Assembly: GCA_028819215.1 (NCBI GenBank)
Contig: JAPPMG010000053.1
Location: forward strand, 30,280-94,279
Origin: Bryobacterales bacterium
GTDB taxonomy: Bacteria; Acidobacteriota; Terriglobia; Bryobacterales; UBA6623
Direction of reading: 5' to 3'
Length of the DNA: 64,000 nucleotides
Shown here piece by piece: positions 8,119 through 18,090 of the stretch. The translations under genes were made by a program, and so were the position numbers. The notes under the pieces are model-generated. The model did no database searches, was not told the origin of the DNA, and saw only the letters and a list, made by a program, of their open reading frames with translations. Positions within the stretch are counted from its first letter, which is position 1. The number at the start of each line of letters is the position of its first letter.

Positions 8119-9654
8119 GTGTTCAATCTCCTTGCATACACTGAAGGCGTGGTCTTTCGAGCGATCTGCACAGTAGTTGCCGCCGTGATTCTGGCGGCAC
8201 CGCTAACCGCTCAAGCGGACGAGCAGCTGATCGCCGACGTTCGGATGTTCACCGTCATGGCTGCGATCAACGCGGCCGGCTATGACGATGGCCTCTCGTC
8301 AGAGGCGGACCACCCGGCCCGCAAGGCCCTCCGCCAAGAACTCGAATCGGTGGATTCGAGCATGCGAAACCGCCTGCGCACGTACTACGAACAGCACAAG
8401 CTCGATGACTCCGAACTCGACCTGGCACAGTACATTTCATTCGCCTTGATGTGCGGCGAGCCGCCCTTCTTCGACCTCAGGGCAGAAGTCCCCACGGACC
8501 TGCCGCTCGACGTGCGGGCGATCCGAGGCCTGTCCGCCCTGCTGCGCGAATTCTACGAAGTCGCTGACATCGAAGGGCTCTGGCAGCGCTACCAGCCCGC
8601 CTACGACGAGGCGATGCTGCGCTACCAAGATCCGCTGATCGAGTCGGTGTTCGAAATCAACGGCTACCTGCGCGTGCCTTCGAGCAGCCGCGAGGCGCGC
8701 GGCTTCAAGGTTTACTTCGACCTGCTGGCCGCGCCAGGCAGCATCAACATGCGTTCCTACGGCGGCGATGTGAAGATCGTCGTCCACTCCTCGTCGCAAG
8801 TGCGCACTGAGGAAATCCGCGCTGCCTATCTGCTGCACCTTCTCGACCGGCTGTCCATTCGTTACGCGGAAGTGGTGGCCAAGAAGGAGTCGCTCGCTCG
8901 CATGGCGTTGTACGCACCGGCCCTGGACGATGCCTACAAGTCCAACTTCCAGCTGCTGCTGACCAAGTCGCTGGCCCATGCTGTTCAGACCCGCATGCGC
9001 TACGAGCCAGAACAGAAGAAGCTGGAGCGCATTATGGACCACACCCGCAACGGCTTCATCCTGGCACCCTACTTCTACGAGAAGCTGGCGGAGTACGAAA
9101 AGCAGCCGCAATCCTTCCGTCGCTACTACGAGACCCTGATCGACGACATCCGGGTGCGCCAGGAGGCAGAGCGGATCCAGCAGGTGAAATTCGCCGAACG
9201 CCCCGCGCGCAAGGCACCCGCGCCGCGCCGAGTGGCCCGTCCAGCGGTCTCCGAAGAGGACCAGTTGCTGTCCCAAGCCGAGGGACTGTTGCAACTCAAC
9301 GAGCTGGACGAGGCGCGCAAGCTCTACGAACGGGTGTTGCAGGGCGACGGCAAGGGCCGCGGCCAAGCCAACTACGGTCTCGGTCGCATTGCCTTGGACG
9401 AGGCGGATCCGGATCTGGCTTTAGAGCACTTCGCTGTTGCGGCCGAGGGCGACAGCGATACGCGCATTCGCGCGATGGCCCACATCTACATGGGACGAAT
9501 CCACGATATCTTCGGGAATCGCGACCTCGCCGTGAGCCACTACCAAAGTGCCCTGGACACAGGCGACACCTCGCCCATCATCCGGAAGTTCGGCGAACAA
9601 GGCTTGGCAGAACCGTTCACGGGTATGGACGAAGAGGACGCGGGCGAACCGTAG
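8119..9654 (+). CDS. Secreted hypothetical protein with C-terminal TPR repeats
   Basis: 511 aa. The N-terminal hydrophobic segment ends in ..APLTAQADE. The C-terminal EGLLQLNELDEARKLYERVL...ANYGLGRIAL...ALEHFAVAA...IYMGRIHDIFGNRDLAVSHYQSAL is TPR-like. Confidence 0.6.
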   Translation: MFNLLAYTEGVVFRAICTVVAAVILAAPLTAQADEQLIADVRMFTVMAAINAAGYDDGLSSEADHPARKALRQELESVDSSMRNRLRTYYEQHKLDDSELDLAQYISFALMCGEPPFFDLRAEVPTDLPLDVRAIRGLSALLREFYEVADIEGLWQRYQPAYDEAMLRYQDPLIESVFEINGYLRVPSSSREARGFKVYFDLLAAPGSINMRSYGGDVKIVVHSSSQVRTEEIRAAYLLHLLDRLSIRYAEVVAKKESLARMALYAPALDDAYKSNFQLLLTKSLAHAVQTRMRYEPEQKKLERIMDHTRNGFILAPYFYEKLAEYEKQPQSFRRYYETLIDDIRVRQEAERIQQVKFAERPARKAPAPRRVARPAVSEEDQLLSQAEGLLQLNELDEARKLYERVLQGDGKGRGQANYGLGRIALDEADPDLALEHFAVAAEGDSDTRIRAMAHIYMGRIHDIFGNRDLAVSHYQSALDTGDTSPIIRKFGEQGLAEPFTGMDEEDAGEP

Positions 9655-10060
9655 CTCGCGCCATAGTCGTCATCAAGCCACTAGATTCGTACCGGCGTTG
9701 CCGGCCCGCCCGCCGAGACGATCGCGGAACCGCACTGCTAGGCGTTCCGGCAAGGCCGTCTATGCGGCCAAAGACTTCCCCGGCACTGATGGACGCCAGG
9801 CCGAAGCCGTCAAGGGCAATCGAACCGAGACGGGCGGCTCGGGCCGCGGTCGCACCATCTCGGTGACTAGGTTCGTATCGACCAGCCAACTCAGCGCGGA
9901 GGTCGCTCGCTGTCTTCGCCGCCGGAGACGAGCGGCCGGTAGCTGACGCGTGCCGGAGGAGGCAGGTCGACGCCATGCTCCACTCCGAAGTGCCGCGCAA
10001 AGGCTTCAGGCGGCTCTCGGTCTTCGGGCGCTTAGCGCGGTCGGTGCTGCTAGAACTCAT
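9617..10060 (-). CDS. Possible small hypothetical protein (very uncertain)
   Basis: The ATG at 10060 is preceded by a strong Shine-Dalgarno (aacAGGAGGcacccagATG on the minus strand), and GC3 is high in the first ~55 codons. The product is Ser/Arg/Ala-rich, has no recognisable motif, and overlaps the 3' end of the TPR gene. Confidence 0.25.
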   Translation of the reverse strand: MSSSSTDRAKRPKTESRLKPLRGTSEWSMASTCLLRHASATGRSSPAAKTASDLRAELAGRYEPSHRDGATAARAARLGSIALDGFGLASISAGEVFGRIDGLAGTPSSAVPRSSRRAGRQRRYESSGLMTTMARATVRPRPLRPYP

Positions 10061-10398
10061 CTGGGTGCCTCCTGTTCAGCCGACTGATGGTGTACGCGCC
10101 GCCGCACTATCACACTATTTCATCAGGTAGGTTGGGGAGACCCTGATTGCCCAGCACAGTGATACTAGAGGTCCCGACATTGGGCTTGGCATGTAGGGTC
10201 AGACTCGACTTCTCGGAGGTCGCGGACCGGGTTCGCTTGGGACCCGGCCGACGCGGGGTTGAGGTTTTCCGCGGCAAAGCGGCCGAGGCCGCGCGGGCAG
10301 CGCACTCGCTCCGGCTCGACAACACTCCTGCCGCTTGCGCAAGGAGACGCCACCCGCTGTATTACGATGAAATTTGGCGACTAGCGACCTGTTGAAGC

Positions 10399-10989
10399 AT
10401 GCCGGAGCAAGAGGGAATCGACCAAGAGACTGAGGGCACTCCCGGCGAGGCCGCTCCCCAAGCGGACCTGCCGGAGAGCATGAATGGCGGTGGCAGCGCC
10501 CCTGCCGAACAAGCCGAACCCGAGGTCGATGTCCAGCAGCTGCAGGAGCAGCTCTCGGAGGCACGTCAAGAGCGCGACGAGATGCTGGCCAAGCTGCAAC
10601 GCTCGCAGGCGGAATTCGAGAATATCCGCAAGCGGCTGCAAAAGGAGAAGGATGGCGTCGTGCGCTACGCCGCCTCTGACACGATTCAGTCGCTGCTGCC
10701 GATCATTGATGATTTCGAGCGCGCCATCAATGCAGACGGCGTTCCTGCCGAGATCAAGAAGGGCTTGGAGTTGATTCACCGGCGCATCTTCGAGGTCTTC
10801 TCCCGGGCCGGCCTGGCGGAAGTGGACCAGCACGAGACCTTTGATCCCAACCTGCATTTCGCCGTCGACCGGGCGCCGGCCACTGAAGACCAGTCGGACC
10901 AGCAGATTCTGGAGGTCTACCAGAAGGGCTACCGCTTCAAGGACCGCCTCATGCGAGCCTCGATGGTGAAGGTCGCGGTCAAGGAATAG
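10399..10989 (+). CDS. grpE: Nucleotide exchange factor GrpE
   Basis: LAKLQRSQAEFENIRKRLQKEKD...LLPIIDDFERAI...GLELIHRRIFEVFSRAGL...DPNLHFAV...GYRFKDRLMRASMVKV is canonical GrpE. Confidence 0.92.
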   Translation: MPEQEGIDQETEGTPGEAAPQADLPESMNGGGSAPAEQAEPEVDVQQLQEQLSEARQERDEMLAKLQRSQAEFENIRKRLQKEKDGVVRYAASDTIQSLLPIIDDFERAINADGVPAEIKKGLELIHRRIFEVFSRAGLAEVDQHETFDPNLHFAVDRAPATEDQSDQQILEVYQKGYRFKDRLMRASMVKVAVKE

Positions 10990-11022
10990 CTTCCGGAGCG
11001 TCCGGGGCCGAGGACCGGCAAG

Positions 11023-12126
11023 GTGCAGAAGCGCGACTACTACGAGGTGCTCGGCGTCCCGCGCGGGGCGGACGAGGCCCAGTGCAAGCGGGCCTACCGC
11101 AAGCTCGCCATGAAGCACCACCCGGATCGCAACCCGGGTTCCAGCGAAGCCGAGGAGAAGTTCAAGGAGGCTTCCGAGGCCTACGGCGTCCTGAGCGACC
11201 CGGAAAAGCGTCAACTGTACGACCAATACGGCCACGAGGGCCTGGCGGGCGCCGGCATGGGCGGCTTCAACGCCAACGACTTTCCGGACATCTTCGGCGA
11301 CCTCTTCGGAGAATTCTTCGGCACCGGAACGCGCCGGGGCCGCTCGCGCGCACAGAGCGGCGAAGACTTGCTATACGAGCTGGAGATCGACTTCGAGGAC
11401 GCGGCCTTCGGCTGTTCCAAGGAAATCCAGATTCCGCGCAACGAATCGTGCGAGCGCTGCGACGGCTCCGGCGCCGAGCCAGGAACCCGTCCGGCCACTT
11501 GCAATCGCTGCGGCGGCCGAGGTCAGGTGCACACCCAGCAGGGCTTCTTCATGATGAGCCGCACATGCTCGTCCTGCCGCGGCACCGGGCAGGTCATCCA
11601 GCATCCGTGCTCGACCTGCAGGGGCCGCGGCCTGCAGCAGGTCCAGCGCAAGCGCAAGGTGGACATTCCCGCCGGGGTCGACGACGGGATGCGCCTGCGC
11701 CTGTCGGGCGAGGGCGGGGTCGGCAGCCACGGTGGCCCGCGCGGAGATCTCTACGTCTTGATCCAGGTGCGCGAGCACGAAGTCTTCAAGCGTGAAGACG
11801 CCGACATCCACTGCAACGTCCAGATCAACGTCGCCCAGGCCACGCTCGGCGCGAAGGTCTCGATACCGACGCTGGAGGGCGAAGAGATCCACACCATCAA
11901 GCCCGGCACGCAGTCGGGAGCCAGGCTGGTTCTGCGCGGCAAGGGCATCCAACGCGTGCGCAGCAGTCGGCGCGGAGACCTCTACGCGCACGTGCACGTT
12001 CGGATTCCGAAGAAGCTCAGCCGCGAGCAGCGAGAGCTGTTCGAGCGACTTGGAGACGCGCTCGTAGCCGGCAACGATCCAGACGAGGAGAGTTTCTTCG
12101 ACAAGCTGCGCGACGGCTTCCGCTAA
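11023..12126 (+). CDS. dnaJ: Molecular chaperone DnaJ
   Basis: J domain [34 protein letters not shown], a G/F region, and four CxxCxGxG zinc motifs ([32 protein letters not shown]). GTG start. Confidence 0.95.
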   Translation: MQKRDYYEVLGVPRGADEAQCKRAYRKLAMKHHPDRNPGSSEAEEKFKEASEAYGVLSDPEKRQLYDQYGHEGLAGAGMGGFNANDFPDIFGDLFGEFFGTGTRRGRSRAQSGEDLLYELEIDFEDAAFGCSKEIQIPRNESCERCDGSGAEPGTRPATCNRCGGRGQVHTQQGFFMMSRTCSSCRGTGQVIQHPCSTCRGRGLQQVQRKRKVDIPAGVDDGMRLRLSGEGGVGSHGGPRGDLYVLIQVREHEVFKREDADIHCNVQINVAQATLGAKVSIPTLEGEEIHTIKPGTQSGARLVLRGKGIQRVRSSRRGDLYAHVHVRIPKKLSREQRELFERLGDALVAGNDPDEESFFDKLRDGFR

Positions 12127-12162
12127 GGCCCAGAATCGCTCGAGATGGGCTAAGATCAATCC

Positions 12163-14370
12163 GTGTCCGCACGGGCCGTCGCCGCGAGCCTTGCGCTGCT
12201 GCTCTTGGCCGGGTCTCTAGCGACCCCAGCGCAGGGCCAGAGCGCACGTCTGGTCGACCAGATCACGCAGCTCATCTCCTCCCAGCGTGGAATCAGAATC
12301 TACGATTGGGTCAATTTCACGATCAAAGACCGCCAGGTCACCCTGACAGGGACGGTTTCGAATCGAACGCTCAGGAGCGGGATCGCGCGATCCGTCCGCA
12401 AGCTCGAGGCGGTCGATTCGGTAGTGAACGAGCTAGAACTGTCCTCAACGTCCGGCGACGACATGGGAATCCGGATCAATGCGTACTGGCGCATCTACGG
12501 GCATCCCGAGATCCGGCGACTAGCACCGGATCAATCGGCGCTCAAGCAGCGCCTCCGACGCTCGCCAGAGGACACCCAGCGAGTGTTGCTCCAGCCGATC
12601 CACATCGTGGTCGAAGACGGCCACTTGACGCTAGAGGGCGAACTCGAGCAACAGCGCGAAAAGTGGGTGGCGGAAGAACAGGCCTATGCCGTGCTTGGCG
12701 TGCGCTCGGTGACGAACAATATCGTCGTTACCGGCACGGACACGGAGGAGCTGCGCCCGATCGACTTCGAAAACGACCCATGGTGGCGTGATTCCCAGTC
12801 CCTTGATGAACCGGTCGTGCGCGTCGAGAACCCCGGTGGCGCGGTTCGCGTGAGGGTGGTGAACACCGAGCGCGTGCGCCTGCGCAGAACCAGCCGCTCG
12901 CGGCCGGTACAGGCGGGAGACACGACCACGACGCGCTTGGGACGCAAGACGAGGATCACCGCCAGTCCGGCTGACGGAGCGCAAGTCGATCTGGAGATCG
13001 ACCTGCCCTACGGACAACGCTTGGAAGTCGAGACTGTGGACGGCCCGATTTTGATCACCGGGTTGGTCCGGCGAGCGGACCTCAAGACGAGCTTCGGACG
13101 GGTCGAGCTGGCCGTCCCGTGGAAGTCGGTTAGGTTTGCCGCTGCCCTGAGCCGTAGACCCGCGCATGTCGACATCCCGCGGGACCTGCGCGCGTCGATG
13201 CGCTCGCCCGGGCAGCCTCCTGAGGGATCTGCCTGGCGGATTGAGGACGTCCGCGACGAGCGCCGGAGTCTGTACGGAAGAATTCGCCTCGAGGGGATAC
13301 GGCCCGATGCGATCGTCCTGCGGGAAGCCGCGATCCCCGAGGACTCTCCGATCAGGATGCACTGGCAGGCTAGCGAGACGCTCAGCACCATGTTGCAGCG
13401 ACCGTATCGCATGCGCATGAGCCGTCGCGACGGAAGCGAGCCGCCGCTTGACGAGATGCCTCCTGAAGCGCCCGACGAGACCGTCCGATTCAACTCCGAG
13501 GTCCGGCTGGTGCAGCTTTCGGCTTCCGTGGTGGATGAACAGAACAGGCCAGTTCCGGGATTGGGGCGGGATGATTTCGAGGTGCTCGAGGACGGGGTGG
13601 CGCAGGAAGTCGGGATCGTGCAGGACGTCGATGCCGAGTTCAACCTGATCCTGCTGCTGGACTGCAGCACGAGCACCCTGGTGGACCGCAATGCTGTGCT
13701 CGAGGCCGCCAAGCAGTTCGTGCTGGCCGCCCGGCCGACAGACCAAGTCGGGATCTACGTGCTTTCGGACGCATACCTGCAGGTGGTCAGCCCGCTCACA
13801 GCCGATCGCGAGGCGCTCCTGGGCATGATTGAGCAGATCCCGCGGCTGTCGGGCGGCACGCCGCTCTACGATGCAATCACCCTCTCTTACGCGCAAGAGC
13901 TTGCGCGACGACGGTGGGAGCGCAACGCTCTGGTGGTCATCAGCGACGGCATGGACAACGAGATGCTGCCGAGGAACAGGCGCTCCGTACCGTCGGTGGT
14001 AGCCTTCGAGGATCTGCTGCGGGTGGCGGCCGAGATCAACAGCGTGATCTATCCGATCTTCCTCGAGCCCGAAGAGTTCGGCGTGAGGGTCGAGCGGAGC
14101 TGGCGCGAGCGCCAGCGCCAGTCGACGGACCGAGCCCGGAATCGCATGCAGCAGCTGGCCGAGCGGACGGGGGGTCAGCTCTTCCGGGCGAAGTCGATGC
14201 GCGACCTTGACAGGGTCTACGAGCAGGTCGCCGAAGAGTTGCGCAGCATCTACACGCTGGGCTATTACCCGTCCAACCAAGAATTCGACGGCGAGTGGCG
14301 GCGGATCCGGGTGCATGTCAACGGCCACGCTGCCCGCGTCCGGACGCGACCCGGGTACTACGGCTGGTGA
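12163..14370 (+). CDS. Secreted BON-domain / VWA-domain protein (TIGR03436-type 'VWFA-related acidobacterial' C-terminal half)
   Basis: Signal peptide ALLLLAGSLATPAQGQS. Two BON-like units are present (YDWVNFTIKDRQVTLTGTVSNRTLRSGIARSVRKLEAVDSVVNEL and IHIVVEDGHLTLEGELEQQREKWVAEEQAYAVLGVRSVTNNI). The C-terminal VRLVQLSASVVDEQNRPVPGLGRDDFEVLEDGVAQEV...NLILLLDCSTST...GGTPLYDAI...VVISDGMDN is a VWA/MIDAS-type domain. Confidence 0.8.
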   Translation: MSARAVAASLALLLLAGSLATPAQGQSARLVDQITQLISSQRGIRIYDWVNFTIKDRQVTLTGTVSNRTLRSGIARSVRKLEAVDSVVNELELSSTSGDDMGIRINAYWRIYGHPEIRRLAPDQSALKQRLRRSPEDTQRVLLQPIHIVVEDGHLTLEGELEQQREKWVAEEQAYAVLGVRSVTNNIVVTGTDTEELRPIDFENDPWWRDSQSLDEPVVRVENPGGAVRVRVVNTERVRLRRTSRSRPVQAGDTTTTRLGRKTRITASPADGAQVDLEIDLPYGQRLEVETVDGPILITGLVRRADLKTSFGRVELAVPWKSVRFAAALSRRPAHVDIPRDLRASMRSPGQPPEGSAWRIEDVRDERRSLYGRIRLEGIRPDAIVLREAAIPEDSPIRMHWQASETLSTMLQRPYRMRMSRRDGSEPPLDEMPPEAPDETVRFNSEVRLVQLSASVVDEQNRPVPGLGRDDFEVLEDGVAQEVGIVQDVDAEFNLILLLDCSTSTLVDRNAVLEAAKQFVLAARPTDQVGIYVLSDAYLQVVSPLTADREALLGMIEQIPRLSGGTPLYDAITLSYAQELARRRWERNALVVISDGMDNEMLPRNRRSVPSVVAFEDLLRVAAEINSVIYPIFLEPEEFGVRVERSWRERQRQSTDRARNRMQQLAERTGGQLFRAKSMRDLDRVYEQVAEELRSIYTLGYYPSNQEFDGEWRRIRVHVNGHAARVRTRPGYYGW

Positions 14371-14416
14371 TCGCGAGTTCTGCGGCCACAGATGCCTAGG
14401 CGCTAGCTGCAACGAC

Positions 14417-14436
14417 GATCGGCGGGCCCGCCGATC
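14417..14436 (+). terminator. Perfect 20-bp GC-rich palindrome downstream of the BON/VWA gene; hairpin, possible terminator
   Basis: GATCGGCGGGCCCGCCGATC lies 47 nt after the stop at 14370. No U-tract follows. Confidence 0.3.
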
Positions 14437-14473
14437 CCCAATGTCAAGCGGGGTGCAGCACAGGTGCGAACCA

Positions 14474-14500
14474 ATGTATACTGATGTGTATAGATTAGAT
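14474..14500 (+). promoter_or_regulatory. A/T-rich element with direct TGTATA repeats upstream of sufB; candidate suf promoter/operator
   Basis: aaTGTATActgaTGTGTATAgattagat is the only A/T-rich patch in the 165-nt gap. It lies 36-62 nt upstream of the sufB ATG and contains -10-like TATACT and TATAGA. Confidence 0.35.
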
Positions 14501-14535
14501 GCCACTCCCCAGTGGTGCTAGTCACGAGCCGAGCC

Positions 14536-15984
<1,449 letters not shown>

Positions 15985-16015
15985 GCGGCCGACCGAGGGG
16001 AGAAAGAGCGAGCAA

Positions 16016-16786
16016 ATGCTGCAAATACGGAATCTGCACGTCAGCATCGACGGCCAGAAGATCCTGCGCGGGATCGACCTAGATGTCCAGCCCGGCACGG
16101 TTCATGCCGTGATGGGGCCCAACGGATCGGGCAAGAGCACGCTGGCATCGGTGCTGGCCGGACGCGACGGCTACGAGATCGAAGAGGGCTCGGTGACATA
16201 TAACGGCCAGGACCTGCTGGATATGGACCCCGAGATCCGGGCCCGCGAGGGCGTGTTCCTAGCCTTCCAGTACCCGGTCGAGGTGCCGGGCGTGACGACC
16301 ATGTATTTCATGCGCGAGGCCGTCAACGCGGTGCGCAAGCATCGCGGCGAAGAGGAGCTCAGCGCCGGGGAATTCCTCAAGCTGGCCCGCCAAAAAATCG
16401 ACCCCTTGGGCATGGAGGCCGACATGCTCAAGCGCGCCATCAACGAGGGCTTCTCGGGCGGGGAGAAGAAGCGCAGCGAGATTTTCCAGATGGCGATGCT
16501 GGAACCGAAGCTGGCGGTGCTCGACGAAACCGATTCGGGCCTGGACATCGACGCGCTCAAGATCGTCGCCGACGGCGTGAACTCGTTGCGCAGCGCCGAT
16601 CGGTCGTTCGTGGTCATCACCCACTACCAGCGCCTGCTCAACTACATCGTCCCCGACTACGTGCACGTGCTGTCGGACGGCAGGATCGAGCTGTCGGGCG
16701 ACAAGAACCTGGCTTTGGAACTTGAGTCGCGCGGCTACGGCTGGATCAACGACGATGTCGTTCCGCAGGCGGCCGCGGGAGTCTGA
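16016..16786 (+). CDS. sufC: Fe-S cluster assembly ATPase SufC
   Basis: LQIRNLHVSIDGQKILRGIDL...GPNGSGKSTL (Walker A), FSGGEKKRSEIFQ (signature), AVLDETDSGLD (Walker B). Confidence 0.95.
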   Translation: MLQIRNLHVSIDGQKILRGIDLDVQPGTVHAVMGPNGSGKSTLASVLAGRDGYEIEEGSVTYNGQDLLDMDPEIRAREGVFLAFQYPVEVPGVTTMYFMREAVNAVRKHRGEEELSAGEFLKLARQKIDPLGMEADMLKRAINEGFSGGEKKRSEIFQMAMLEPKLAVLDETDSGLDIDALKIVADGVNSLRSADRSFVVITHYQRLLNYIVPDYVHVLSDGRIELSGDKNLALELESRGYGWINDDVVPQAAAGV

Positions 16787-16787
16787 C

Positions 16788-18065
16788 GTGCCAGCGATTG
16801 CTGACAGAGCCGACGTCTACCTCGAGCGCTTCAACGACGCTCTCGCCCGCTCTGCGGACGAGCCGGGCTGGTTGCTGGAGCGCCGCAAGCGCGCCATGGA
16901 GCGCTTCTTGCAGCTAGGCATCCCCTCTCTCAAGCACGAGGAATACAAGTACACCGACCTGTCGGCGCTCGCGGATGGCCGGCTGCTGTTTGCAACGCCG
17001 CCCGGCGGCGCCGACGCCCTCCCCAGCTACGCGGCGGGCGGTGCTTCCAACCTGGCGACCGGGACAGGCCCGCAGGTGCTGGGTCGCGTCCCGCACGGTG
17101 CCCGCGTGCAATCGCTGGCAGAAGCGCTGCGCGCCGAGCCAGACTTGGTGCAGCGGCACCTAGGCACGATCGCCGCTTACGACGATCACGCGCTCTGCGC
17201 CGTCAACACGGCATTCTTTTCCGACGCGACCGTCATCACGGCCGAGCGCGGCGCAGTGCTGGACGAGCCGATCCAGCTCGTGTTCGGGGACGGACCGCAG
17301 GGCAGCTTGCCACGCGTGCTAATCGTGGCAGGGCGAAACTCCTCGGTCCAAGTGGTGGAAACATACGCCGGTTCTGGCGCCTATTGGCGCAACGCGGTCA
17401 CAGAGATCCATGCCGAGGAGAACGCCCGCGTCGACCACTACCGGGCTCAGGTCGAATCGCTGGACGCCTACCACACCGGCAGGCTGCAGGCGTCCCAACA
17501 GCGCGACAGCTATGTGAGCTCGTTTTCGATCAGCTTCGGCGCGACAGTCGCGAGGAACGATATCGGCACCCGGCTGAACGGGTCGGGGTGCGAGTGCTCG
17601 CTGGACGGGCTTTACGCCGTGCGCGGCGACCAATTGGTCGACCACCACACAAGCATCGACCACGCCATGCCGCACTGCAACTCGCACCAGCTCTATAAGG
17701 GCGTGCTGGACGACAGGGCCAAGGGCGTGTTCAACGGCAAGATCTTCGTGCGGCCTGACGCACAGAAGACGGATGCGGTGCAGAGCAACAAGAACCTGCT
17801 GCTCTCCGACGAGTCCGAGGTCAACACCAAGCCGCAGCTTGAAATCGATGCCAACGACGTGCGCTGCACGCACGGAGCAACGATCGGCCAGTTGGACTCA
17901 GAGGCTGCTTTCTACCTACAGTCGCGGGGCATCGGAGCGGATCGGGCGCGCAACCTGCTCACCTACGCATTCGCCGCCGACGCCTTGGAACGCATCAAGG
18001 TCGCCCCGCTCAGGGAGCACTTCGAGTCCCTGCTGCTGAATCGCTTTGCCTCGCAGGAGTCGTAG
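16788..18065 (+). CDS. sufD: Fe-S cluster assembly protein SufD
   Basis: Start set at the GTG at 16788, 1 nt after the sufC stop, with GGGAG 7 nt upstream. The C-terminal NKNLLLSDESEVNTKPQLEIDANDVRCTHGATIGQLD..AAFYLQSRGI is the SufB/SufD beta-helix signature. Confidence 0.9.
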   Translation: MPAIADRADVYLERFNDALARSADEPGWLLERRKRAMERFLQLGIPSLKHEEYKYTDLSALADGRLLFATPPGGADALPSYAAGGASNLATGTGPQVLGRVPHGARVQSLAEALRAEPDLVQRHLGTIAAYDDHALCAVNTAFFSDATVITAERGAVLDEPIQLVFGDGPQGSLPRVLIVAGRNSSVQVVETYAGSGAYWRNAVTEIHAEENARVDHYRAQVESLDAYHTGRLQASQQRDSYVSSFSISFGATVARNDIGTRLNGSGCECSLDGLYAVRGDQLVDHHTSIDHAMPHCNSHQLYKGVLDDRAKGVFNGKIFVRPDAQKTDAVQSNKNLLLSDESEVNTKPQLEIDANDVRCTHGATIGQLDSEAAFYLQSRGIGADRARNLLTYAFAADALERIKVAPLREHFESLLLNRFASQES

Positions 18066-18090
18066 TGGGAGGGCCGAAGGGAGCGCGATC

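Noticed and set aside
10061-10398. CIRCE (HrcA operator) upstream of grpE
   Set aside because: I scanned for TTAGCACTC-N9-GAGTGCTAA and near variants by eye and found no match.
10381-11235. 284-aa ORF antisense to grpE and the dnaJ 5' end
   Set aside because: Leu/Arg/Ala-rich antisense shadow of two unmistakable chaperone genes.
12631-14505. 624-aa ORF antisense to the BON/VWA gene
   Set aside because: Arg/Pro/Ala/His-rich low-complexity product typical of antisense frames in GC-rich DNA. The sense-strand ORF carries clear BON and VWA motifs.
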